Of a DNA stretch of 64,000 nucleotides, positions 47,703-56,301 are shown one piece after another. The stretch is from Eubacteriales bacterium. Its GTDB lineage: Bacteria; Bacillota; Clostridia; Oscillospirales; CAG-272. The notes below the pieces were generated by a model that ran no database searches, was not told the origin of the DNA, and worked only from the letters and a program-made list of their open reading frames with translations. The translations under genes were made by a program, and so were the position numbers. The DNA is taken from positions 24,368 to 88,367 of the forward strand of contig JAZSMP010000347.1 in the NCBI GenBank assembly GCA_045535915.1, in the 5' to 3' direction. Position 1 is the stretch's first letter, and every line of letters starts with the position of its first letter.

Positions 47703-47778
47703 GCTGCTATGGCTCAGTTGGTAGAGCACATGCTTGGTAAGCATGAGGTCATCAGTTCGACTCTGATTAGCAGCTCCA
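47703..47778 (+). tRNA. tRNA-Thr (anticodon GGT), CCA encoded
   Basis: Manual cloverleaf, 76 nt: acceptor GCTGCTA/TAGCAGC, D arm GCTC-AGTTGGTA-GAGC, anticodon arm CATGC-TTGGTAA-GCATG, variable AGGTC, T arm ATCAG-TTCGACT-CTGAT, discriminator T, then CCA. Confidence 0.9.
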
Positions 47779-47787
47779 ACACACAAC

Positions 47788-47820
47788 CCTTGAATCTTAA
47801 GATTCAAGGGTTTATTTTTT
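47788..47820 (+). terminator. terminator of tRNA-Thr
   Basis: CCCTTGAATC-ttaa-GATTCAAGGG followed by TTTATTTTTT. Confidence 0.85.
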
Positions 47821-47829
47821 ATAAAACTA

Positions 47830-47859
47830 TTGACAAATACCATTAGGATTTGTTATACT
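47830..47859 (+). promoter_or_regulatory. promoter of the 47888 lipoprotein gene
   Basis: TTGACA (47830-47835), an 18-nt spacer, then TATACT (47854-47859). Confidence 0.55.
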
Positions 47860-47887
47860 ATATGCAATGCTAATTGGAGGTTCTGTC

Positions 47888-50083
47888 ATGAAAAAACTAA
47901 TCAGATCTTTGGCTTTTGTCTTGATCATTATTCTGTCTGTGCCGCTTTTGTATTCTTGCGGAGCTGATACCGGTCCGGATAATCAGACTGATGAAATCAA
48001 GATAGAGAAAATTCCTTATCCCATAACCGAATACACGGTTATCCGTCCCGAGAATGCTTCTCAAGAAGTTGTACTGGCAGCTGTTGCATTAAGAAAGCAA
48101 ATTAATAGTTTGTTGGTAGATTCCACTATTCCGATCTACGATGACTGGGTAAAAGGCGGCGTGATAACAGATGAAATCGCGAACAGCAAAGAAATCCTGG
48201 TTGGAAGAACAACGAGACAAGAATCTGCTCAGGCTTTGGAGGGTGTAGATTCTACTTCGTTTGTAATTAAAATTATAGGAAATAAAATTGTAATTAATGC
48301 AGAGAAGACAACTATACTGCTTCATGCAATTGACTATTTTATTGAAAACTTTGTTGAGATCACGGCGAATACGTTAATGCTTCCTGAGAATCTTAGCTAT
48401 GTAAGCGATCCGGTGCCGCAGGTAAAATTCATTGAGAATAATGAGCAATCACTTAAGGTTGTCTATCTTGATTCACTTGATAATTCGCAGAAGGCAACCG
48501 ACGAAAACGACCGTCTAGATCTTGATGTTGTATATGCAAAAGATCTCAGGGTTTTTATTCAGAATAAGACAGGAATTAAGGTCGGACTCGCTACAGACTG
48601 GTTTAAATCCGGAACCGATGTATCTGCCGATCACGAAATTCTCGTTGGAAATACCTCACGTCCGGAAACCATGGAATTTCTTAAGAACTTGAATTACAAT
48701 CAATATGGATTCGGAGTTGTTGGAAACAAGATCGTCGTTACAGGTTGGAATGAAACCACGACCGAAATGGCAGTTGCAAACTTTAAAGAGTTTTTTGAAG
48801 AAAACGTTATCAAAAATAACGACGGAACTTACAGCTTCAGCATGCTTGCGAGTGATAAGGTAGTATATGACTATGAGACTTGGTACGTAGACTATCCTTC
48901 GTTTGACGGCGGAGTGTTGATAGGTACTCAGGATTGCGGTTACAGCAATATCCAGGCGTATTACGAGAACTGCACACTTGAAGATTATAGCAAATACTGC
49001 GCAAAGCTCGAGTCGGCTGGATTCAAGCTTTATATGGAGAATACGCTTGCTGAAAATGTACATAAGTGTTATACTTCAAAGGACGGTATGCTTTACGTAT
49101 ATTATGTTCCGGTTGAAAATTCTGTGAGAATCGTCAGCTGTCCTGATGGTATGTATAATTTGCCTCAATATCTTGCACCCGAAGCGGTTCCGACATATGA
49201 CAAGATCGCAACACCGTCGATTACACAGATGTCACTCAGTTATTCCGCAGGAAACTTTGGCCTTTGCCACATAATCACACTCGATGACGGCTCGTTTATC
49301 GTATATGACGGCGGTGGAAATTCAAATAATGACTATGTTGCGTTGTATAATACCCTCTCGTCCTTAAATAAGCGTCAGGACGGCAAAATTGTTATCGCTG
49401 CATGGATTCTAACCCATGAACATTGGGACCACTACACGAATTTCTCGGCGTTCTGCAAGAACTATTCCAATAAAGTCGTTCTTGAAGGAATGTATTGCAA
49501 TACTCCTTCAGGAAGCTTTGCTTACAATGGCTATAATCCAAACTACTATATGAATAGCGATTTTGCCAACCTCTCGTCAACTCTCGGAGGCGTTCCGAAG
49601 TATATTGTTCACACCGGTATGAAATTCTATATAAGAAACGCATGCGTTGAGATACTTTACACTCAGGAAGATCTTTATCCGACTAAGCTGTATTACTTCA
49701 ATGACAGCACAATGGTATCCAGAGTAACTGTTGCTGGTCAGACAATAGCTTATCTCGGAGACATCAGATACGAAGGCTCGGACAGAATGAGTGACAGATA
49801 TAAAGAGGCTCTGGAATGCGACATAGTTCAAGTTTCACATCACGGATTTGACGGTGGTACTATCGAGCTTTACCGTTATCTCAATCCCAAGACCTGCCTG
49901 TGGCCTACAGAGAAGGCTAATTTTATAAAGATGTCTTCTCCTTCGGCGTCCGGCGGATATCTCTCTGTAGACTATTTTATCATCCATACTCTCAAAGTGC
50001 CGATCAACATATACGCTGAACCTACAGCTACTATCATGCTTCCGTATCATAACGGAGATAAAATTACATATTGGGATTATTAA
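47888..50083 (+). CDS. secreted/lipoprotein with two N-terminal alpha/beta modules and a C-terminal ComEC-like MBL-fold domain
   Basis: Signal peptide ending LLYSC. The ENAS...EILVG(R/N)T(T/S)R module occurs twice. C-terminus has THEHWDHY (HxHxDH), YLGD and IVQVSHHG. Paralogue of 14676..16061. GGAGG lies 7 nt before ATG 47888; the ORF track starts at 47867. Confidence 0.75.
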   Translation: MKKLIRSLAFVLIIILSVPLLYSCGADTGPDNQTDEIKIEKIPYPITEYTVIRPENASQEVVLAAVALRKQINSLLVDSTIPIYDDWVKGGVITDEIANSKEILVGRTTRQESAQALEGVDSTSFVIKIIGNKIVINAEKTTILLHAIDYFIENFVEITANTLMLPENLSYVSDPVPQVKFIENNEQSLKVVYLDSLDNSQKATDENDRLDLDVVYAKDLRVFIQNKTGIKVGLATDWFKSGTDVSADHEILVGNTSRPETMEFLKNLNYNQYGFGVVGNKIVVTGWNETTTEMAVANFKEFFEENVIKNNDGTYSFSMLASDKVVYDYETWYVDYPSFDGGVLIGTQDCGYSNIQAYYENCTLEDYSKYCAKLESAGFKLYMENTLAENVHKCYTSKDGMLYVYYVPVENSVRIVSCPDGMYNLPQYLAPEAVPTYDKIATPSITQMSLSYSAGNFGLCHIITLDDGSFIVYDGGGNSNNDYVALYNTLSSLNKRQDGKIVIAAWILTHEHWDHYTNFSAFCKNYSNKVVLEGMYCNTPSGSFAYNGYNPNYYMNSDFANLSSTLGGVPKYIVHTGMKFYIRNACVEILYTQEDLYPTKLYYFNDSTMVSRVTVAGQTIAYLGDIRYEGSDRMSDRYKEALECDIVQVSHHGFDGGTIELYRYLNPKTCLWPTEKANFIKMSSPSASGGYLSVDYFIIHTLKVPINIYAEPTATIMLPYHNGDKITYWDY

Positions 50084-50086
50084 ATA

Positions 50087-50122
50087 AAATCCCTTGCGGT
50101 GCAATACTCCGCAAGGGATTTT
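50087..50122. terminator. bidirectional terminator (MBL lipoprotein / THUMP methyltransferase)
   Basis: AAAATCCCTTGCGG-tgcaatact-CCGCAAGGGATTTT. Confidence 0.85.
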
Positions 50123-50123
50123 G

Positions 50124-51257
50124 TCATTTGTTGGGTTTATAAAATTGGTAGAGAAATGAAGGGATTGTGCCGTTATAGAGCTTACGTACTTTGTCAGCTT
50201 TTCTTCCATACAGACGTTCAAAATATTCGCAGGAAGTGAGAACGTAGATTTGCCAAGGGGACATTTCCGCAAAACATTTCCCGATGTTTCTGTAGAGATT
50301 TTCAGCATCTCGCATGCTCATCATTCGTTCGCCGTATGGCGGGTTGCAAATTAAAGTTCCTCTGCAATCGAATTCAGGCTTGGAGATTCTTTGGGCATCT
50401 GCAACAAAGAATTTGATATGTTTACCGACTCCTGCACGGTCAGCATTGGATATTGCAGTTTCTATACATTCGGGATTGATATCAGATCCGTAACCGCGGT
50501 ATTGAGAATTGCTATCGATCAACGCAATTGCCTCATCTCGGGCTAATGACCATGAAGACTGAGGGATAAACGAAAGACTTTCGCCGGAAAAGCTCCTGTG
50601 GAGTCCGGGGGCGCGTTTTGTGGCTATTAATGCTCCCTCGATGGCAATTGTGCCGGATCCGCAGAAAGGGTCCCAGAGAAAGATATCAGGCCTTATACGG
50701 GCAGTCATTGCCATTGCTGCCGCAAGTGTCTCACGGAGAGGAGCTGCGTTTGCAACAGGGCGATACCCTCTCTTATGTAACGCTACCCCTGATGTATCAA
50801 TCATAAGATAAGCTTGATCTTTGAAAATGAAAAACTCAATCTTACAAAGGTCTCCGTTTTCCGGAAGAATACTGACTCCGTATTTTTGTCCCAAGCGTAC
50901 TGCAATAGCTTTTTTGATAATTTTTTGGCAATTGGGAATAGAAATTAATTTGCTCCTGATCGAATGTCCTGCAACGGGAAACGAATCGGCTCTTGATATA
51001 TAGTTTTCCCATTTGATTGATTTGCATCCTTCGAACAGAGCATCAAAACTGTCTGCCTGAAAAGGCTTTCCTGCAAGAACATAGACTCTTTCGGCTACTC
51101 TGAGATTGATATTTGCTTTAGCACAAGCATTTTCATCTCCTGAAAAGAAAACTCTGCCGTCCATTGTTTGGGTGCGAGTGAATCCCAAAGAATCGATCTC
51201 TTCGCCAAGCAGCTTTTCGAGACCGAACATACAAGTTGCTACGTAATTTAATATCAT
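50124..51257 (-). CDS. THUMP-domain class I SAM-dependent RNA methyltransferase (RlmL N-terminal-half/YpsC-like)
   Basis: THUMP N-terminus, DPFCGSGTI SAM motif and NPPYGERM catalytic motif. Confidence 0.85.
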   Translation of the reverse strand: MILNYVATCMFGLEKLLGEEIDSLGFTRTQTMDGRVFFSGDENACAKANINLRVAERVYVLAGKPFQADSFDALFEGCKSIKWENYISRADSFPVAGHSIRSKLISIPNCQKIIKKAIAVRLGQKYGVSILPENGDLCKIEFFIFKDQAYLMIDTSGVALHKRGYRPVANAAPLRETLAAAMAMTARIRPDIFLWDPFCGSGTIAIEGALIATKRAPGLHRSFSGESLSFIPQSSWSLARDEAIALIDSNSQYRGYGSDINPECIETAISNADRAGVGKHIKFFVADAQRISKPEFDCRGTLICNPPYGERMMSMRDAENLYRNIGKCFAEMSPWQIYVLTSCEYFERLYGRKADKVRKLYNGTIPSFLYQFYKPNK

Positions 51258-51262
51258 GATTA

Positions 51263-52126
51263 TTATAAGGTGGTGAGTGATTTCAGAGTTTCGAGAGAAT
51301 ATTTGGCACCAGCGTCTTTAAGATTGTCGGGAGCTTCGTTATTAAGTCCGATTTCAAGATTAAGAACGCCGGGATAGTTAATTTCGCGTAGTGCTTTCAT
51401 GACTGTTTCCCATTTTACCGTACCGGAGAAGGGAGGGAGATGAAGGTCGTCTTTACCGAGATTATCGTTGATGTGCGTGCACTGCAGTCTGTGACCGAGG
51501 TTGAGAATCGCTTCGTACTGATCTGCATAGACCATGTTAGCATGACCGGTATCAAGACAAGCCCCTATTCTGTTATCTGCATAAGTGTCAATGAGATGAA
51601 CGAGCTGATCAACATATGTGCAATATCCGGGACACTTCCCGTAGGTCATGTTTTCGTATGCAATATTCAGATTCTTCTTGAGGGCATATTCAATATATCT
51701 GTCGTTTTCTTCATGATTTTTCTTAGCACATGTGTCATCGGTAAATCCACTCTCTCTGAATGTATTGGGATGAATAACTCCCCACGGCACTCCGAGGAAA
51801 GATGCAACATCTATCGCACGATAAAACATCTCGTAGTAGAATTCCAGATCCTCAGGCGAATGGCATTTTACCTTTTTGCCCTTGAAGGGGAGATGGCATT
51901 GAGCAAATTTTATACCTGTCTCTTCCGATGCGAGGGCAATTTTCTCTGCCTCCTTTTGCCAGTTATTGTCATGTAGACGGAGAGTCTGATTGCAAATCAT
52001 TACAAGATTGAGATCAGCGTATTCGAAGCCTGCACGTGCCAGTCTTCTTACAGCTTCATCAATTGGCATTTTTTCGGCGGAGTTTCGTATATCTCTGTAT
52101 AAAAGCGTCATGCCGCAAAGTTTCAT
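51263..52126 (-). CDS. sugar phosphate isomerase/epimerase (xylose isomerase-like TIM barrel)
   Basis: AP_endonuc_2-like pattern (GVIHPN, LDTGHANM, LNLEI). GGAGG lies 9 nt before ATG 52126; the ORF track extends to 52150. Confidence 0.8.
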   Translation of the reverse strand: MKLCGMTLLYRDIRNSAEKMPIDEAVRRLARAGFEYADLNLVMICNQTLRLHDNNWQKEAEKIALASEETGIKFAQCHLPFKGKKVKCHSPEDLEFYYEMFYRAIDVASFLGVPWGVIHPNTFRESGFTDDTCAKKNHEENDRYIEYALKKNLNIAYENMTYGKCPGYCTYVDQLVHLIDTYADNRIGACLDTGHANMVYADQYEAILNLGHRLQCTHINDNLGKDDLHLPPFSGTVKWETVMKALREINYPGVLNLEIGLNNEAPDNLKDAGAKYSLETLKSLTTL

Positions 52127-52219
52127 AATTAATACCTCCGGATTTTTCATTTATTATACTATAAAACCGGCAAATAATCAAGTTGATTTGAGAAAATATA
52201 AAAATAATTACACAATATA

Positions 52220-52248
52220 TTGAAATTGATTGGGTTTTATGATATAAT
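52220..52248 (+). promoter_or_regulatory. promoter of the M29 aminopeptidase gene
   Basis: TTGAAA (52220-52225), a 17-nt spacer, then TATAAT (52243-52248). Confidence 0.55.
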
Positions 52249-52280
52249 TTCAATAAAAAATACAGTTCATGAGGTATCAA

Positions 52281-53510
52281 ATGAAAAAGACAACAATAAG
52301 ACAGTACGCTAAACTCATCGCAGTAAAAGGCGTTAATATTCAAAAGGGACAGGAAGTTATCATAAACGCATCTGTCGAAAACCCCGAATTCATCAGAATA
52401 TTGGTTGAAGAGTGCTATAAGGCGGGCGCTTCCAAAGTAATGGTTGAGTGGTCTTATCAGCCCTTGACTAAAGTCAATTACCGTTACAGAAGTCTTAAAA
52501 CTCTTTCTAAAATAGAAGACTGGGAAATAGAAAAGCTCAAGCACAGAACAGAAGTTCTGCCTGCAATGATCTATATTGATTCCGAAGATCCTGATGGACT
52601 TGCAGGTATCAATCAGGAAAAGATGGCAAAAGCACAGCAGGCGATCTATCCTATTGTTAAGCCATTCAGAGACAAAATGGAGAACAGATATCAGTGGTGT
52701 ATTGCTGCAATTCCCGGCGAAAAGTGGGCAAAGAAGATGTTCCCCAACGAGAAGAAGAGCAGAGCTATCGAAAAGCTTTGGGAGGCAATTCTGTACACAT
52801 CAAGAGCCGACGGTGACGATCCTGTTCTTGCTTGGTATAAGCACAATGAAGATCTCAGAAACCGTTGTAATTATCTTAATTCTCTCAAGATTAAAGAGCT
52901 TCATCTTGCTTCAGCAAACGGCACTGACTTCAAAGTAGGTATGATGCCCAATGCACTTTTCCTCGGCGGAAGCGAAAAAGCACTCGGCTCGGGTATTGAA
53001 TTCAATCCCAACATTCCCTCCGAAGAATGCTTCACAACTCCTCTTCGCGGAGTGGCGGAAGGAATAGTTTACGCTACAAGACCTCTTTCTTATCGCGGTG
53101 AACTTATTGAGAATTTCAGTGTCAGATTCGAAAAAGGTAAAGCTATTGAAGTTCATGCGGAAAAGAACGAAGATCTTTTAAAACAGATGATTTCTATGGA
53201 TGAGGGCGCAGCATACCTCGGAGAGGTAGCTCTTGTACCCTATGATTCTCCCATCAGAAATTCCGAGCTCACTTTCTTCAACACTTTGTTTGATGAAAAT
53301 GCATGCTGCCATCTGGCTCTTGGCATGGGATTTGCTAACTGCATTGAGGATTACGGAAACTATACTCTCGACCAGTGCAGAGAAATGGGTGTCAATGATT
53401 CAATGATTCACGTCGATTTTATGATCGGTTCCGAGGATCTTTCCATAGACGCTATTTGCGAAGACGAAAAGTCTGTTCCGATTTTCAGAAACGGAAACTG
53501 GGCATTCTGA
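52281..53510 (+). CDS. M29-family aminopeptidase (AmpS/PepS/aminopeptidase T-like)
   Basis: N-terminal YAKLIAVKGVNIQKGQEV...CYKAGA and C-terminal CHLALG...HVDFMIG motifs. GAGG lies 6 nt before ATG 52281. Confidence 0.9.
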   Translation: MKKTTIRQYAKLIAVKGVNIQKGQEVIINASVENPEFIRILVEECYKAGASKVMVEWSYQPLTKVNYRYRSLKTLSKIEDWEIEKLKHRTEVLPAMIYIDSEDPDGLAGINQEKMAKAQQAIYPIVKPFRDKMENRYQWCIAAIPGEKWAKKMFPNEKKSRAIEKLWEAILYTSRADGDDPVLAWYKHNEDLRNRCNYLNSLKIKELHLASANGTDFKVGMMPNALFLGGSEKALGSGIEFNPNIPSEECFTTPLRGVAEGIVYATRPLSYRGELIENFSVRFEKGKAIEVHAEKNEDLLKQMISMDEGAAYLGEVALVPYDSPIRNSELTFFNTLFDENACCHLALGMGFANCIEDYGNYTLDQCREMGVNDSMIHVDFMIGSEDLSIDAICEDEKSVPIFRNGNWAF

Positions 53511-53517
53511 TATGAAT

Positions 53518-53547
53518 AAACGCGCAAGCAATTTCGCTTGCGCGTTT
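53518..53547. terminator. bidirectional terminator (M29 aminopeptidase / alpha-beta hydrolase)
   Basis: AAACGCGCAAGC-aatttc-GCTTGCGCGTTT followed by ATTTT. Confidence 0.85.
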
Positions 53548-53550
53548 ATT

Positions 53551-54519
53551 TTAAGAAAAGTAATTATTAAAGATTCGAGAAAGCTCTTCTTCAACTTTTT
53601 TCTGATCTTTTATGTATGACAAGCCGTGTTCTGCTCCTTCAACAGTTATGAGCCGCTTTTCTCCCGTGCACGATTCAAAAGCATCATATGAGTTTTGCGG
53701 AATGACAAAAGCATCAGATTCGCCGTGAACGAAAGTAACGGGAGCATTAAGGTTTTTAACTGCATCCAAAGTAGTGAATTCATCAAAAGAGAAGCCTGCT
53801 GTGTTTTGGCATATTAAATTTGCAATATTTATGATAGGGAAGGGAGGCAGATGATACCACTGTTTGAAAACATCTGAAAATATTCTACGAGGTGATGTGT
53901 ATCCGCAGTCAGCTGTTATATAGTTCAATTGGATCATATCGGGTTCGGCAGCTGCCATAAGGACTGTGGTTGCTCCCATGGAAACGCCGCTTAAAATAAA
54001 TTCACAATTATTACCGGTGTAATCATCCATGTATTTACACCAATCTACGATATCGTATCGTTCAAACGCGCCAAAAGTAATATACTTTCCTTCGCTTTCG
54101 CCGTGCGTTCGCTGGTCGGGTAAAAACAAAGAAAAGCCGTTATCATAATAGAAACGTGCCGGAGCAGAGAAGTCGAATGACGGTGCTCCTTGGTATCCGT
54201 GAACCAATACGGCTATTCTGCGGGAATGCGTATTGGCATTTTTGATAAGAATACCATGAAGCTTCAGCCCATCACGAGAAAAAATATAATGGTGCTCAAC
54301 ATTTTGAGATAGCATCCACTCTCTGCCTTCGCGTATTGCGGCGCCGTTTCCTCCGCCGTTTTCGATATGTCTGATTTCTCTTTCAATGCTGTCATCAGGA
54401 TTTTTGTTTCGTGTAAAACAAAGATTAAAAACCGTATATGCAAATAACAGTGACAAAGATGCAAGTATTAAAAAGATTCCTATAATTAACAGAATCGCCC
54501 ACAGCAACATAAATTTCAC
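53551..54519 (-). CDS. membrane-anchored alpha/beta hydrolase
   Basis: N-terminal TM helix, oxyanion VLVHGY and nucleophile elbow GVSMGATT. C-terminal HGESD and EGAEHG. GAGGTG RBS. Confidence 0.8.
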   Translation of the reverse strand: MKFMLLWAILLIIGIFLILASLSLLFAYTVFNLCFTRNKNPDDSIEREIRHIENGGGNGAAIREGREWMLSQNVEHHYIFSRDGLKLHGILIKNANTHSRRIAVLVHGYQGAPSFDFSAPARFYYDNGFSLFLPDQRTHGESEGKYITFGAFERYDIVDWCKYMDDYTGNNCEFILSGVSMGATTVLMAAAEPDMIQLNYITADCGYTSPRRIFSDVFKQWYHLPPFPIINIANLICQNTAGFSFDEFTTLDAVKNLNAPVTFVHGESDAFVIPQNSYDAFESCTGEKRLITVEGAEHGLSYIKDQKKVEEELSRIFNNYFS

Positions 54520-54580
54520 CTCATTTGTGTTTTCTATTATTTTATCATGATATTATTCTTTTGTCAATACAAATTTTCTA

Positions 54581-54609
54581 TTGACAATATGAGAATTGAG
54601 TGGTATACT
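54581..54609 (+). promoter_or_regulatory. promoter of the 54637 metallophosphoesterase gene
   Basis: TTGACA (54581-54586), a 17-nt spacer, then TATACT (54604-54609) with an upstream TG. Confidence 0.6.
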
Positions 54610-54636
54610 TATTACATAAATCTATTGGAGGTAGCT

Positions 54637-55740
54637 ATGAGTAATTATCCTGAATTATTTAAAACGTACCCGGCTGTTTATGCGGTCAGAGACCGCTACA
54701 TAATCATCGTTGCTGTTAATGCGCCTTGCACCATGTGGGCGAAAGTCGGTGAACAAGAGTTTTTTGATGATTCCAACGGAATTTTGCGAACTGCGTCCCT
54801 TACTCATAAGGTTGAAATCCCCTTATCTTTGCTTAATGAATGTAAGGAATATACGCTTTGCTTCAGAAAGGTTATTGAGAGAAAACCGTATTATTCGGAA
54901 CTCGAAGATGTTGAAACCTTCTCTTGCACTTTCAGACCGTTACCAAACGATAATATCAGAATATTCCATATTGCCGATGCTCATAACAGAATAGATGGCC
55001 CGGTATCCGCCGCTGACAAAGCAGGCGAACATGATCTTTTGATACTCAACGGCGATATACCTAATCATTCCGGTGATATCAAATATTTTGCTGCAATACA
55101 TTGTATAGCAGGTGAAATTACAAAAGGGCAGTATCCTGTAATCTTCTCTCGCGGAAATCATGACATGAGAGGCATATATGCTGAACAGATCGCAGACCAT
55201 ACGCCTACTGACAACGGAAGATCTTATTTTTCTGTTAATCTCGGACCTTTGTGGGCTCTTGTTTTGGATTGCGGAGAAGATAAACCGGATACTAACGTTG
55301 AATACGGGCATACAATTTGCTGCGCTGATTTCAGAAGGCGTCAAACAGAATATATCAAATCAGTCTGCGAATCAGCTGAAAATGAGTATTCCGCTCCAGG
55401 TGTTCACTACAAGCTCATTATTTCCCATATTCCTTTCAGTCTACATTACAATCCTCCTTTCAACATTGAAGAAGACAGATATGCGGATTGGTGCAAAACC
55501 GTCAAGGAAAATATCTCTCCCGATCTGATGCTTGCGGGACATATTCATTCCTGCAAAGTATTACGCAAAGAAGATGACGAATCCCATCCTTGCGATGTTG
55601 TAACCGCATCCAAACCAATAAAGGGTAGCGAGGATATTGTTTGCGGGTCGATAGTTTTGTCAGAAAATACGGCTTTTATCAAGTTTATCGATTCACAAGG
55701 CGAAATACACGGAGAATATACAATCCCATTGAAGAAGTAA
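54637..55740 (+). CDS. calcineurin-like metallophosphoesterase with an N-terminal beta-sandwich region
   Basis: FHIADAHN, LNGDIPNH, SRGNHDMRG and AGHIHSC. GGAGG RBS and a consensus promoter lie inside the tracked 54547 extension, so ATG 54637 is preferred. Confidence 0.8.
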   Translation: MSNYPELFKTYPAVYAVRDRYIIIVAVNAPCTMWAKVGEQEFFDDSNGILRTASLTHKVEIPLSLLNECKEYTLCFRKVIERKPYYSELEDVETFSCTFRPLPNDNIRIFHIADAHNRIDGPVSAADKAGEHDLLILNGDIPNHSGDIKYFAAIHCIAGEITKGQYPVIFSRGNHDMRGIYAEQIADHTPTDNGRSYFSVNLGPLWALVLDCGEDKPDTNVEYGHTICCADFRRRQTEYIKSVCESAENEYSAPGVHYKLIISHIPFSLHYNPPFNIEEDRYADWCKTVKENISPDLMLAGHIHSCKVLRKEDDESHPCDVVTASKPIKGSEDIVCGSIVLSENTAFIKFIDSQGEIHGEYTIPLKK

Positions 55741-55795
55741 TATAAACCTTGTGAATTGAATATAGTTGAATATCTATTGTTGATGAGGTGGTCTC

Positions 55796-56203
55796 TTGTA
55801 CTTCGATATTCAACACAGCTCTTATTATTCATTTGACGGAAGAATTTTACTTCGAGTAAGCTTTATGTTTCCTTGTTCAGTTGATACGATGCCGCAAAGA
55901 TATCTGTTTGATTTTGTAAAAACATGCCAGTCGTTTGCACAAGATAGGTTGTATCCCGCGCTTTTGCAAAAGCATGCTTCTAATTACATGCATGAAAATC
56001 GTTCTACCTATTCATATGACGTTACGGTCGATGAAATACATCAGACCGAGAATAAGGCTTCATATGTTATATTATCAATTCTTAAGAGGCGGGGAGATAT
56101 GATTGCATCAGGGTCAAAAACGATATCATTCTGTGAAGACAAAATTATTCCAACATCTTATATAGCACGTAAGCGCAAGTACAATGAACTCCGGAATATT
56201 TGA
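55796..56203 (+). CDS. hypothetical protein
   Basis: 135-aa ORF with a TTG start preceded by GAGGTGG and followed by a strong terminator. No family recognised. Confidence 0.45.
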   Translation: MYFDIQHSSYYSFDGRILLRVSFMFPCSVDTMPQRYLFDFVKTCQSFAQDRLYPALLQKHASNYMHENRSTYSYDVTVDEIHQTENKASYVILSILKRRGDMIASGSKTISFCEDKIIPTSYIARKRKYNELRNI

Positions 56204-56260
56204 TATCAAAGAAAAACCAAGTGATTTTTCCATGTTAACGGTATTTACAAATAACCCCTA

Positions 56261-56299
56261 TATAACATAACCCCGTGCATCGCACGGGGTTATGTTATA
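56261..56299. terminator. bidirectional terminator (55796 ORF / CNNM operon)
   Basis: TATAACATAACCCCGTG-catcg-CACGGGGTTATGTTATA, a 17-bp perfect stem. Confidence 0.85.
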
Positions 56300-56301
56300 T
56301 T

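Noticed and set aside
47466-47846. ORFs of 125 aa (minus) and 78 aa (plus) covering the 47.6-47.8 kb intergenic region
   Set aside because: They run through the tRNA-Thr gene, its promoter and its terminator. The region is better explained as an RNA gene.
49835-50308. 157-aa minus-strand ORF crossing the 50087..50122 terminator
   Set aside because: It spans a bidirectional terminator and overlaps both flanking genes in the wrong frame or strand.
51440-51976. 178-aa plus-strand ORF inside the sugar phosphate isomerase gene
   Set aside because: Antisense shadow ORF with no motifs and no RBS.
54547-54636. N-terminal 30-aa extension of the metallophosphoesterase ORF
   Set aside because: The extension contains a consensus TTGACA-17-TATACT promoter and the GGAGG RBS for ATG 54637, so it is non-coding leader.
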